From contig OZ374557.1 in assembly GCA_977862235.1 (NCBI GenBank), positions 3,410,001-3,474,000 on the forward strand: 64,000 nt of DNA. Reading direction: 5' to 3'. The DNA is from Dudresnaya verticillata. Taxonomy: Eukaryota. Below the pieces are notes generated by a model that saw only the letters and a program-made list of their open reading frames with translations, searched no databases and was not told the origin of the DNA. Of this stretch, positions 11,323 to 22,717 are shown in pieces. The position numbers and the translations under genes were made by a program. Positions within the stretch are counted from its first letter, which is position 1; each line of letters opens with the position of its first letter.

Positions 11323-13612
11323 ATGCACCAGTGCCGACCTATCTCTTAACAAGAAGCTAGTAGACGAAGTGGCTGGAATGACATTATGCGTTGGGCTCAT
11401 CAGGAACACTGCTGCGATGGAAATGCCGAGGAAAGACTCATCCTTGGTGATGTTTCTTTGTCGTAGTCTCACGTATGAAAGGGAAGATATTGACGATATG
11501 GGAATGGAAAGCCAGGTCTTGTCTGTTTCTGCGCGAATATGCGGCAACCGCCGCTTTCTTGACAGGTGGTCCCCGGGAAAAGGGGACACAATCTACATGC
11601 AGCCACTGGATTCTCTTGTGGCATTCTATCGGATGTTCCGTGCATTACACAACGTATGCCGAGCACCACTACGCCTGTTGGAGTACCTCTTCGGATCTGG
11701 ATTCCCGCAAGGGTCTGGAAAGGAGTGCGGTAAGGGTTCTTCCACTCCGCGTATTGTATGCCGCAGCGTATGCCGAGCACCACTACGCCTGTTGGAGTAC
11801 CTCTTCGGATCTGGATTCCCGCAAGGGTCTGGAAAGGAGTGCGGTAAGGGTTCTTCCACTCCGCGTATTGTATGCCGGTCCGATGTTTTGAACGGAGACT
11901 TGGAGAGTTCAGCCGATCCGGGATGTGTACAATACCTCAAAACCATCGGCAATGCTTGCAATGAATCGCAGAAGAATGCGGTCTTGATGGCTGTAAGAGA
12001 GATGGGAGATCTCTCCTCGCTTTCCTCGTCGTTTTGTCAGATTGTCGGGCCACCAGGAACGGGTAAGACCACCACAGTAGCAACTATGGTGGCGACATTA
12101 CTGCACCACTCCTCTGCTGGTCATATTTACGAGGGCGAACAGCAGCATAATCTACTTCATTGGAATGACGGGCACACTCGCACTAGCAATAATCATCGGG
12201 GTTTGCGAATTCTCGCGTGTTGCAGCTCTAATCAAGCCGTCGATAATGTCAGAAGGAAGCTTAAGATGGGAATGACGGATGGTAAGGGTGGAGGAATTGT
12301 GCCCGAGATTGTTCGGATCGTACGTCAGCGCTACAGGTACGAAGACTTACTGGATGTGTCTTTGAACGAGAAAGCTTTGGTCTTTGATCGTGAGATATTC
12401 GACGAAGAACACCCTGTACAGGATGATGAAATACCGGTGAGCAATATCGCATCGAAGAAGGCGCGAAGGGCGATGGCGCGTGAATGCTTGGTGTTTTTAA
12501 CAACGCTAAGTACTGCCGCAAGTTCCGTCCTACACGACGTGAAGGTCCCGATTGACGTGGTGATTACCGATGAAGGTGCCAACTCTACCGAGGCTGAGTG
12601 CCTGATACCTGTTGCTGCTGCTGCAAAAATGACGAAGAAGGGTACCGGTCGTCTGCATGTCGTTGTGGTCGGGGATCACAAGCAGTTGCCGTCCGTCTTG
12701 CTCTCACAACATGCTGTAGGCTCTTTCCTTTCGAGGAACAAACAGTTTGTCTACAGGTTGCCATACAAACTACAGATACGCTCGCTTTTCGAACGAATGG
12801 TCGATCGCTATCGCTGCCCAGTGGCGTGGTTTTGTCGCCAGTACCGGACATACCCTGCTATTGCAGTAATAAAAAGTAGAATGGTGTACGGAAACCTCAT
12901 TTCGCACCCCGACTCCACTCAGCCCTACTTGGCTCCTTACAACAGTGGAAACAGCAGCTTCTCACCCTTCACATTTATTGATACCTCGAAGAGCAGGGAT
13001 CGCTTTGAGACGATCGACGGAGGTGGAAAGTTTTTGAACAACTTCGAAGTCAAACAGGTAAACTCAGTTCTGCAACGATTGTGGGTAATTGCGATGCACT
13101 CTCAGGGAAATGGAGGTCGGGGTGTTGATGAACTGTGCGGGGAAATTGTGATCACTGCACCTTATCGCTCGCAGGTTGAAAACTTAAGGGAATACTTGTA
13201 TTGCGGTGACGGGTTCCTATCTAATCCTGCGAAAAGGAGAAGTTTCGATGCTCTCATTGAATCCTTGGATGCTCTGCAAGGTCTGGAACGCAGTATCGTT
13301 ATCGTATCATTGACTAGAAGCAACTTGCTCGGAGACAGAGGCTTTCTCAAGGACTTTCGGCGGATCAATGTAGCAACGAGCCGTGCGAAGAAGTTGTTGA
13401 TTCTCATTGGGGATACCACAACTGTTTCTCACAAGAGCCGTCTCCTATCTGGTTTCTGGGATGCTTGTCTGCAGAAGGCTGATGGGACCCGGGCAGAATT
13501 TGTTGCTCCAGATCGCGGTAGAAGGGATCTGCAACGATGCAAGGAGATCGCTGACATGCAAAAAGTGGTTCGCAGGCGCAGTGGGTACAACCTAAGAACC
13601 TTCTACTCATAA
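11306..13612 (+). CDS. Superfamily 1 helicase, Sen1/UPF1/DNA2-like (AAA_11/AAA_12)
   Basis: GPPGTGKTTT, ILACCSSNQAVDN, ITDEGA, VVGDHKQLPSV, SLFERM, QYR, TAPYRSQV, LDALQGLERSIVIVSLTR, RRINVATSRAK. Confidence 0.9.
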   Translation: MLVNFRCTSADLSLNKKLVDEVAGMTLCVGLIRNTAAMEMPRKDSSLVMFLCRSLTYEREDIDDMGMESQVLSVSARICGNRRFLDRWSPGKGDTIYMQPLDSLVAFYRMFRALHNVCRAPLRLLEYLFGSGFPQGSGKECGKGSSTPRIVCRSVCRAPLRLLEYLFGSGFPQGSGKECGKGSSTPRIVCRSDVLNGDLESSADPGCVQYLKTIGNACNESQKNAVLMAVREMGDLSSLSSSFCQIVGPPGTGKTTTVATMVATLLHHSSAGHIYEGEQQHNLLHWNDGHTRTSNNHRGLRILACCSSNQAVDNVRRKLKMGMTDGKGGGIVPEIVRIVRQRYRYEDLLDVSLNEKALVFDREIFDEEHPVQDDEIPVSNIASKKARRAMARECLVFLTTLSTAASSVLHDVKVPIDVVITDEGANSTEAECLIPVAAAAKMTKKGTGRLHVVVVGDHKQLPSVLLSQHAVGSFLSRNKQFVYRLPYKLQIRSLFERMVDRYRCPVAWFCRQYRTYPAIAVIKSRMVYGNLISHPDSTQPYLAPYNSGNSSFSPFTFIDTSKSRDRFETIDGGGKFLNNFEVKQVNSVLQRLWVIAMHSQGNGGRGVDELCGEIVITAPYRSQVENLREYLYCGDGFLSNPAKRRSFDALIESLDALQGLERSIVIVSLTRSNLLGDRGFLKDFRRINVATSRAKKLLILIGDTTTVSHKSRLLSGFWDACLQKADGTRAEFVAPDRGRRDLQRCKEIADMQKVVRRRSGYNLRTFYS
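11653..11877 (+). repeat. Exact in-frame 114-bp tandem duplication inside the helicase
   Basis: VCRAPLRLLEYLFGSGFPQGSGKECGKGSSTPRIVCRS occurs twice; GTATGCCG microhomology at the junctions. Confidence 0.95.
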
Positions 13613-14898
13613 CTGCTGATCAGCAGTACCTCGAGGTAGAGGGGCTGAAACCGGAATGGGCCAGACATTATCCTGCACGGCGCACCGTTGTAATGTGGGC
13701 AGTTTCTTGTCGAGAATTGCTCCGGCCGAGATTCGTGAGTATCAGTACAGCGCATTACAAGTGACAGGTGATGATGTAGCATTCGCCCTCCCCTGTGTCT
13801 GTAAATACGTTTCCTGAGACAGAATTGTCTGTGCGTGATTGTCTTGAGGCAAACAGGCCTGTTATTTCATATTGGCAGACCGTTCTACCCAACATATCTT
13901 CATTACAAGGCACGCCTTTCCCAACTTCGATGCATCGGCACGCATGCTGCCAGCAACCCTTACTTAAACCATTATTTTAGAGGCTTGCGTGTTAAAATAA
14001 GTCTATTTTACAGAGAGCGCTACAAATGATATTCGAGAACAAGGGTGTGCGAAAAGGCATTACAGTATTACAGACAAAATGGGTCGAAGTTCTTCAGTAT
14101 GGAAAACATATTTTCGTGCTCATGCTAATTAATACAAGCATGAATAATACGTGTACATCCTTCATTCGATGATCAATTGATGCTGTGATCTGGCATGCCA
14201 GCTGCAGCTGCTCGTATTTCCGGCGTACCGTCTCGACTTCCGTCTCGAGACGGCATCCTTGATCCCCGGACAACTTTTCCGTCGTGGATCGGGACCGAGA
14301 TGATCACCATGCTGCAAATCCGCAGTTAGCCGAACCAGCGCTCGTGCAAACCAGGGCTCATGATTAACTTTCCTATTTCGAACTATTTCCCCTTGTACTT
14401 TACCCTCCTGATTGCTCTTCTCTTCTCTCTGCGGTGAGCGTTTCGAAAGTGTCCGTTCGTGCGGCAGAAACCAACTTTTACCTCGTTTACTGCGACTTGA
14501 GCAATTGCCCTGGTTGTACCCGTGTGTGCATGCGCAAGCCGCTGTGCTGCAAGCGCGACGAGGGATCCGCTTTGTATCTATTTTCCATCCTGTCATCTCT
14601 AGCTACCGGGTAAACGCGTCTAAGTGTACGTGTGCGGTACGTGTGCGCCCTGCGGACCATCCGCTCTGACTTTTCTCGAATACCCTTGTTGGTCGGCTCA
14701 AGTCGTACCTTATGGAATTGCCGTACTGAGATCTCAAGCAATCTTTAGCTAAAGACGCTAGCGTCGACGCTAATACCAGTGAAACTCCAGGTTCAACGTA
14801 GAAGCGACCGCTCGAAAGTTCAGTAATTTCGAAGATCCTGACCAGACAGCTTTCATTCACCGCCGATTCAACATCGACTTCCAGGTCACCTATCTGAA

Positions 14899-15780
14899 AT
14901 GAACACAGCGGATGTTCTCCTACCTTGCTTGCGCCATATAAGTGGGTATGAGTGCAGCGAGGGTATCCCTTCTAGTTTATCGCCAGTTGTTTCTACCTTG
15001 AATACGATTATTCAATGCGCGAAGTGGGTAGAGGAGACTTCTAAGATTTCGCAACAGCATGGAAGAGTTAAGGCTCTAGTCTGCGTGAAAGCGTTTGGTC
15101 CGGTTCATGGGGACGAACTCGAACCGGAATCTGAAGGTCAGAAAACTGCAAAAGGTACAAAAGGAAAAGTCTTTCCTCTCTGGGGGTTATCGGGTGTTGA
15201 TATTGCTTCCCTTCAGTCGAAAGAGAAAGGTGACGCAATTCAAGAAAATCATGTGACAGAAGGTCAACATAATGACTGTAATCACTCAGTTCGCCCGCCT
15301 CCCAAGGGAGCTACTCGCGAGCCTCCCACTCAAAATGGGGAGCCTCTTCGGGCTGAAACTCTCATTGGTAATACTGCACCAGTCAATATACCAAGTGCAC
15401 TAGATGATTCAGGAATGGGTACAATCTGCGCTGCAGCGCAGAAAGAAAACACTCAAGAACTGTGGAGATATGAATGCAATTCTCCAGACGAGAAACCTAC
15501 TGTGCATGCCTCTAGTACATCGCTTGACAGACGACAAGTTTCACCTCCATCTGCTTCTAAGGTGACCGAGCATGATATACAACGTACCATGGGCACTGCA
15601 GTGGACAAAGTCGGGTTTCGGCCCGCTGACCTTAATCTAGATGTTCCAGTCGAATTCTCTGCACAGTGTACATCTCTTCTGCTAGATGCTGGTGGTCATG
15701 TAACACATCCGTTGGTGAAAAAATACTACAGCTACAAAGACCTTCATGTAAATGAGTTGGTCCGGGTATGCAAACGTTGA
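14899..15780 (+). CDS. Unknown protein (293 aa), possibly the first piece of a frameshifted gene running into the PIF1 helicase
   Basis: ATG-initiated long ORF overlapping the next ORF; no motif recognised. Confidence 0.4.
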   Translation: MNTADVLLPCLRHISGYECSEGIPSSLSPVVSTLNTIIQCAKWVEETSKISQQHGRVKALVCVKAFGPVHGDELEPESEGQKTAKGTKGKVFPLWGLSGVDIASLQSKEKGDAIQENHVTEGQHNDCNHSVRPPPKGATREPPTQNGEPLRAETLIGNTAPVNIPSALDDSGMGTICAAAQKENTQELWRYECNSPDEKPTVHASSTSLDRRQVSPPSASKVTEHDIQRTMGTAVDKVGFRPADLNLDVPVEFSAQCTSLLLDAGGHVTHPLVKKYYSYKDLHVNELVRVCKR

Positions 15781-16967
15781 GGGATTTAGAGCTAAAACGG
15801 TTCTCAAAAGGCACTTCTCCTGCGGAGGGAGGAAAAGACGGGATGTCATTGGAAGAGGGATCGGCTTCTGGGGAGCTCGTTTACAACTCTCTCATGCCCG
15901 AGAACATCAGGGGGAAAGTCGTGAAAATAAGGACAGTTTCTTTTTCACCGTGGTTAGACAGCAACGGAAAGATACGAGAGTACGAGGAACTAGAATCACT
16001 TCGCGTGAAGATGGAGATTAAGAAGCCATATAGGAATACCAAGACGCAAAATTTTGCTGTCCTTTGCACTAAACTCATGGCTACTGGGATGACTGGAAGT
16101 GCCGGTAAGGCATTGATTGAGATCGCCAGGGAAGGACTTCACTTCCAGAAGTCGTGTCTTATTTGGAGGATTAACACAAAAGGTGCGAGAAACAGGCAAA
16201 AACAGAACGAGAAGGAGCCAGCAAACGGAAATGATGGGATTGTCGGAAGACAGAGGAAAAGGGTTCGTCGATCGCGAACTCGAGTTGAATTAACCACCGC
16301 TGAAAGACCGACTGTTTATGGAGGTCCTGGTAGCTATTCTTGGCGTCAAAGGCCGGTTTCTGCCTTTATTTCAACCGTAGACGGGAAGGAAATCGTCGTC
16401 GGGCATGGAGAAATTCACCCTGAGATTCGATTCTTCAAAGGAGGAAGGGTTGTTGATGGTGACATCGTTGCTCGGTTTTCTAGTGTCTCGCAAGATGCTA
16501 GGGCCTCGGAATCAACTACTCTACGAAACTGTGACTTTGAAGCTATCCTTTGGAAGAAGGGTGCGATAAAGAGGGTCTCGGTTAAAGGACCCTACACTGC
16601 AGATGATGGGACACCAGGGACGTTTTTGGGAACAGCACTGCTAGTCAATGAAAAACCATGGGAGCAACAAGATATGGAAAGTTTTGCACCCGGAAGGAAG
16701 AAGAAGAGGGCTTCGAGCATAACTCAAGGAGGGAAATCTCAGATGAACATTTCGAGGGCAGTGACGTTGTGTAACCTTCGGGTTAATTCACAGGCGGGCG
16801 GATCTGCAACCCTTCTGTACCCTTATGCAGACTGGTATGAGCTCCGGTCTTGTCATCATTTGCTGGGCCACCACTTTTTGAGGAAATCTGTTCCCTTGCA
16901 TCTTGAAGAACTTACGGATAAGACGGTTGTTCAATTCCTTTGGGATGCTAGGCAGATCACAAGATGA
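15768..16967 (+). CDS. Unknown protein (399 aa)
   Basis: Long ORF with basic stretches (RQRKRVRRSR, GRKKKR); no family recognised. Confidence 0.45.
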   Translation: MQTLRDLELKRFSKGTSPAEGGKDGMSLEEGSASGELVYNSLMPENIRGKVVKIRTVSFSPWLDSNGKIREYEELESLRVKMEIKKPYRNTKTQNFAVLCTKLMATGMTGSAGKALIEIAREGLHFQKSCLIWRINTKGARNRQKQNEKEPANGNDGIVGRQRKRVRRSRTRVELTTAERPTVYGGPGSYSWRQRPVSAFISTVDGKEIVVGHGEIHPEIRFFKGGRVVDGDIVARFSSVSQDARASESTTLRNCDFEAILWKKGAIKRVSVKGPYTADDGTPGTFLGTALLVNEKPWEQQDMESFAPGRKKKRASSITQGGKSQMNISRAVTLCNLRVNSQAGGSATLLYPYADWYELRSCHHLLGHHFLRKSVPLHLEELTDKTVVQFLWDARQITR

Positions 16968-17587
16968 AGACGGGTATCCGTTTGAGGAAATCAGACTGCG
17001 TAAGCTACACACGCAGCTTAAGCTCAATAACAAGATTTTTTGCTTTGGCTGGCAAGGAGAATCTCCCAGGCATTCTGGTGGCAATCATACGCTTCACATC
17101 CACTGTGGTCGGAAAACCATTTTCCCGGGCTAAAGTGCTTGAGAACTTGTATTTGTTGGTACAGATGTACTGGATTTAATCAACTAAAGTCCGGGCTTAA
17201 TGATCCTGCCGAATAATTCACAAGCCTTCGTTTCAGATCGTTTACAAACTTCAAGTTCTCGACACAATGCGGCCGTTGACATGGTGCAATGGCCGGCCAG
17301 CACTCCGGACGGGGTGGAAGCGAACGAAGGACTAACTGCAATCTATTTCTTGAAATCGGCTGATAGAGGTAAGCCTGAGCATTGCAATGTACATATATGC
17401 AAATTTTTGGTCGGTCGAGTTCTGAAGTCAATTTTGGCGCGGAAATGTCTCGGACAAATTTGGATTACCGTGTGCATGATTCCCAGTGATTCCATCTCGA
17501 GATGTTCCTATGCTTCCGTCTCCGCTATTCTTCCGTCTCCGCTCTTAGTCGGAATAACACCTCGCTGAAAGCTGGTTTACTCTTCTG

Positions 17588-19406
17588 GTGAAGCAAATAG
17601 TACAAACCTGGCCTCAAGGAAGGCTTTCTGGCAGCCTAGTACTGCATTCCACTAGCTGTCATCTTATCGCACTAGGTAGTATGGAGGTGTCTCATGCACG
17701 ATCGAATTATCAAGGCCTTGTCCCCGGGGACACGGCGATAAGGTTTGATTGCTCTCAACTCGCGATCATCAAGGCATTTCAGAATGGTAAGAGCTTGGCC
17801 ATCCTTGGGGAGCTGGATCCGGAAAACATTTGTTATGAAGGAACTCGTGTGGCGTGCCCGGTCAAGGACCGACGGAAGGAAAGTAGTCGCAGTCTGTGCA
17901 TTGAGCAATGTTGCCGCATCCGTTCTTAATGGGTGTACCATGCACTCTTTGTTTTCAGGGCTTTGTTCTTGGGAATGGTCCAAGAGGTTGCTGTGGGAGA
18001 AAGTTTCCAAAAGTGAAAGACTTTCTGGGGTTCTGCGTGCAGTCCAAATACTCATTATAGATGAGATGACCCTTATCAAAAGAAGCGAAATAGAAGCTAT
18101 CGACTATGTTCTTCGTCGCCTCACGTCCAGTGAGGCGGATGCTACCTTGCCCTTGGGTGGAAGGCAACTGGTCGCTGCCGGAGACCCATTTCAGCTCGAG
18201 CCGTGTGGAGTCGAAGATACGAAGTGTTACTTTGAGACCTTCTTCCAGTCGCGAGTCTGGTTTCTGATGTTTACCGGATATGGAAATGGCGTAATCGCAT
18301 TACTAGATCACAACCATCGGCAAAGAGGAGACATAAGGTACTTTTCTATGTTGCAAAGGTTTCGATACGGCTTCTAGTCTGACTGTGATATTGATGCTCT
18401 GAACAGTACAAGCAATTTGTCGCCCAGTGCTCCTCCTCGTTCTTCGACCCGCCTATGTCTTAAGAAGGCAGAAGTAAGCACTGTGAACAATAGAGAGCTG
18501 CAGGAACTACAAGGGCCTGACTTTGTGTCAATTGCGGCGGACAGACATGGTAGTCGAGCTTCAGATTCAATCGCGAAGCGCTTGGGCGAAGTTGCGCCGG
18601 AAAGGTTGGCTCTGAGGAAGAATTGTTTGGTTGTGCTTACCAGAAAATGCGGATGTTTCAATCCAGGATCAAGGTTTGAAGTATTGGACATTGAAGTCAG
18701 CCAGCCTGTCCCGCCAGTGAGGCCACGATTGCATGGACGGGAGAGAGAACGGCTTCTCGATGCCAGGCATGTGTCACTGGTCCTATCGCAGCCATTCGCA
18801 TCTTCATCGAGAAGGGCCAGCTTAAGGAGTACACACACTCTTCGTGTGCGATCAATGGATTTCAACGTGCACAACTACGACACGAGTGTTGCTGGGACAA
18901 GAATTCAGCTTCCCGTTATCGTTGCTTATGCGATGACGATCCACCGCAGTCAAGGAATGTCTCTTGATAGCGTGGCAGTGGATTTCTCTAGAATGGGTTC
19001 GTGGAGGCCGACTGGAATGGTGTACGTTTCGCTGTCACGTTGCATACAGAAGGATTCTTTATGGGTCAAAGGCCTGTCCGGTGATCATGTCTGTATCAGT
19101 GAGAGAGCCAATGTAGCTATGTCGGGAATCTCGAGATTTGCTGAAAGTCACCCAGTGCGATTTATCGGAAAGGAAGCCCTCCGAAATTATCTTTCCGATG
19201 TTGGGAACATCTATGGTGAAAGCCAGACAACGAACAGTGGTGAGATACACGGGAAAACCGGGCAAGATAGCATTATTCAGCAGAAGAGTGCGACGTCGCA
19301 TAGTACTATCGATTCGCGGAAACGGAGGAGGGATAATTTCGAAAACGAAAGTAAGGAAGACATCGACCCGAATGTGATTAGCCCCACGAAGCGTGTTGTG
19401 CTCTGA
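17588..19406 (+). pseudogene. PIF1-family DNA helicase, disrupted
   Basis: Walker A reconstructs as ILGGAGSGKTFV across two 1-nt losses near 17805-17826. Also ALSNVAA, TMHSLF, LIIDEMT, GGRQLVAAGDPFQLEP, NHRQRGD, in-frame TAG at 18375, then QLPVIVAYAMTIHRSQGMSL and GMVYVSLSR. Confidence 0.88.
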
Positions 19407-20139
19407 ACACTTGGACGGATTATCCGTTAGACGTTAACATTGTGGAGGTTCTTAGGAGAGCTTCATGCAATTGAAACTGTACGAAAATTAGAGTACGGGA
19501 ATTTCCGCTTAAGCGTACCAGTAGATAGATTTTTAGTCTCGCATTCCTGTAAATTTTTCTTCCCAGGGGAATGGAATAGAAACTTGTTTTAGTAGATAAT
19601 GATGTTCATAGATAGTGGTTCATATCCAAAAGAGTTGCTAAAGACCTGTTTAGGAGCCATCGATCTGAGTACATAACTTAACAAACAATGGCACCTGTGG
19701 ATATCATTTCACAGACACATTGCTACTGAAAACGATTCCACAGCACATTTATCGGGATTTTCTTCTGATGCCGTGTGCTTTATGATCATGATAAAAACAT
19801 TGTTAGTCCGTAAGAAGATCCGATTGGTAACGGCGAATGTGAATTCACTGGTTAACCAGGCAATCCATAAGCATCAAATTTTGGATCTGGTTCTTTGAGC
19901 GAATAGTTTAATCTTCGTGCTTTCAATAATAATATATGTACTGACTCCAAAATACCTGTAGGACTCATTGCTATTTGGCTATTTGTTAAACGTCGGCAAG
20001 CCAGAGATCTTCCAAAATCCGAAGTTACAAGAAAGTCTCGGAACTTATGTTCACAGTATAATATGTCTGTGGAATCAATATTTACATGTCAATAGGCCTG
20101 TAAAATAAACTACTTGGGTATCTAAATGCAGACTGTATG

Positions 20140-20690
20140 GGCCGCCGAAACGAAGTAAGACAGAATTATTTCGGCGGCCTAGAAAGTGCAACGAGGAGAC
20201 CACCCTGATTCGAGGCTGTTTTGGCCGCCGAAACGAATCGCTCGCCGAAACGTTTCGGCGGCCTAGACAGTACAACGAGGGGATCACCCTGCGTCGAGGC
20301 TGGTTTGGCCGCCGAAACGAATCAGCGATCGATTTGTTCCGATTTGTTCCGGCGGCCCAGACAGCGCAACGAGGAGACCACCCTGCAGCGAGGCTGGTTT
20401 GGCCGCCGAAACGAATCGGTTGCCGAATCGTTTTGGCGGCCTCGACAGTACAACGAGGGGAACACCCTGTTTCAAGGCTGGTTTGGCCGCCGAAACGAAT
20501 CGGTCGCCGAATCGTTTCGGCGGCCTAAACAGTACAACGAGGAGACCACCCTGTTTCAAGGCTGGTTTGGCCGCCGAAACGAATCGGTCGCCGAATAGTT
20601 TCGGCGGCCTAAACAGTACAACGAGGAGACCACCCTGTTTCAAGGCTGGTTTGGCCGCCGAAACGAATCGCTCGCCGATTCGTTTCGTCC
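20140..20690. repeat. Tandem array of ~6.5 x 84-bp units, each with a 14-bp inverted repeat
   Basis: GGCCGCCGAAACGA starts at 20140, 20223, 20307, 20401, 20485, 20569 and 20653. Each unit is GGCCGCCGAAACGA-N13-TCGTTTCGGCGGCC plus a conserved linker. Confidence 0.92.
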
Positions 20691-20719
20691 CCTGTACGAT
20701 CAAGTAAGATTCATGTGTG

Positions 20720-21570
20720 TCAATAGGGGACGAAACAAAAGTATCATCCGATTCGTTTCGGCGGGCAGAAAATATTGTAATTTAATGATGTGGCAAAAAG
20801 CCATCTGATCTCCTTTCGTTTCGGCGGCCTATACGATCTGCGTTTTGCCCATCTTGTAAAACGTTTCTTAGACAGATGCGTCTGCAGAAATACTTTCATA
20901 GGCATAGCTGAGGATATTGTAGTGCCCAAACGGCTACATGGAAACCATCCCCCTCAAATTTGCGAACAGAAAGGGTGCTGTATAGGAACCTCGGGCAGTT
21001 CCAGGCCGGAATTAGAGGTGCTTTATCAGAGCTATATAGAGACACCTGATGATATGTCCAATACGAGGGGTGCCACAGTGGCATGAGAGAGGGGGAGAGA
21101 GAGCCTGAGGGGTGGCATGAGAGCGTAGAGAGAGCCTGTCTTTCCTGCGCAGCTGGAAGGGGTGCTGAGAGGGATAGTAAGCAGCAACGTCTCAAGGGCA
21201 TTGTGAAGCATGTAACAAGATTAACGCTCCATAACGCGTAGCGCTTCAGCACAGGAGCGGACTGTAATGCTCGAGCTGCACGCTGAAACCCTGGAGGTGC
21301 TAGAGGTGCCGGCACCTCCCAGTAGAAGGCAACAGAAAGACACGTGATACCGGCGCTGCTCAGCGACTCGTGAGGGGGGCATGTCCTCACGGCGCATTTT
21401 CGGCTTTGTCATGACGTTCGTGTTTTTTCTTTAATTTTTCTTCGACTGGTCATAGACCGACCGTCCCCTCCACTCACCGACCGTCCCCTCCACTCACCGA
21501 CCGTCCCCCCAATCGAGCTCATATACGCACACTCCCCCTTTCGTTTCGGCCCCTCCAACTTCAATGGTTC
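20720..21570. repeat. Dispersed ~850-bp non-coding repeat, putative DNA-transposon end
   Basis: A diverged copy lies in inverted orientation at 28448-34395, interrupted by the DIRS element, with a mirror at 37540-43487. Homology ends sharply at TTCAATGGTTC (21570; 28448). Contains further CGTTTCGGC motifs. Confidence 0.7.
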
Positions 21571-21732
21571 GCTGACTGTGATGACTAGCGGGAAACGTAT
21601 CCCGCAGGAACCGGTCACGTCGCAGGAACCGGTCACGTCGCAGACGCCCGTCGGGAATCTTCTAAGGTTACAGTTCGTAATTACAGTGTCTTACATTTCG
21701 TCTTCTTTTATCTGGCAGTCCGTGAGCAATGA

Positions 21733-21800
21733 AAAGTTGTTAACCATTATGGGTTCTCCCTCTCGGGTGTCCCCCCAACGTCACACGTCTCCTCTTTATT
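21733..21800. repeat. 68-bp dispersed repeat (Q), copy 1; mirror at 50078-50145
   Basis: AAAGTTGTTAACCATTATGGGTTCTCCCTCTCGGGTGTCCCCCCAACG(T/C)CACACGTCTCCTCTTTATT; also at 28251-28373. Confidence 0.85.
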
Positions 21801-21954
21801 ACTCAGTGTACGAGGCCCCTAGAGGGCTTCGTACACGTAAAAAATTACAAGAAATTAACATCCTCCCGCCATTACCATCCCTTGCCGCCAATCCTATTTC
21901 TACGCACGCCTAAAAATATTTCTAGTTCACCCTTTTACGCCCAATAGAAAAATT

Positions 21955-21987
<33 letters not shown>

Positions 21988-22040
21988 CAGCATCAGCAGC
22001 ATCAGCAGCAGCAGCATCAGCAGCAGCAGCAGCAGCAGCA
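21955..22040. repeat. (CAG)n microsatellite with CAT interruptions; mirror at 49838-49923
   Basis: Read directly from the sequence. Confidence 0.95.
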
Positions 22041-22607
22041 AAGCTGCAACCCCATTGGCTGACCGCCAAGCCGCGCCACCCGATTGGCTGTATTTTGCCG
22101 CGGTACCAAATCAATGCGCGCGCATTGGTGCGCTCCGATTTTCTGACAGTAAATTGACAGACGCGCCGCCGCGCTACAGCGATACGATCTTACAGTCCCG
22201 CCGTGCGCCTCCATTCTTAATTTATGTGATTAAAACCGCACCTGTCCTAGGGGCCTAGAAAGCTACTTTACATAATTAAATTGGTACGAAGTGAGCTCGC
22301 CGTGATCTCGCTGAGGCCGTGTAAATCGCAAACTACAGGGCCATATGAGCGGCGGCGGGGAACGCTCCCGCACGACTCATCCCCCCTCCCTCTACGCGAG
22401 CGCGCAAGCACGGGTGGAAACCCGGGGCAGGTAAGCTGAGTTGTGGCGAGAGCAGACCCCTTCGCAACGGGTACAGATCCTGCTTGATTCCCGTCGTCGC
22501 TGCCCCGAGTGGTAGCGGCGCGCCCTGGGGGGCGGGAGGGTTCAACCGGTTATCCGTGGTGGGCGCAGTTCAGAGCGGTGCGAGCGCGAACACGCAAACC
22601 GGCGACG

Positions 22608-22717
22608 CAGCGACCCGAATCCAGATCCAGCGACGCGAATCCAGATCCAGCGACGCGAATCCAGATCCAGCGACGCGAATCCAGATCCAGCGACGCGAAT
22701 CCAGATCCAGCGACGCG
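22608..22717. repeat. 20-bp tandem repeat (CAGCGACGCGAATCCAGATC), ~5.5 units; ~2.5 units in the right arm (49221-49270)
   Basis: Read directly; accounts for the 60-bp length difference between the arms. Confidence 0.93.

Noticed and set aside
17588..19406. Second Helitron
   Set aside because: No HUH/Y2 Rep motifs are recognisable upstream of this PIF1 domain.
20140..20690. CRISPR-like array of palindromic repeats
   Set aside because: The sequences between the hairpins are near-identical rather than unique spacers, there are no cas genes, and the context is eukaryotic transposons.
21955..22040. Polyglutamine gene
   Set aside because: The CAG tract is not within a credible ORF.
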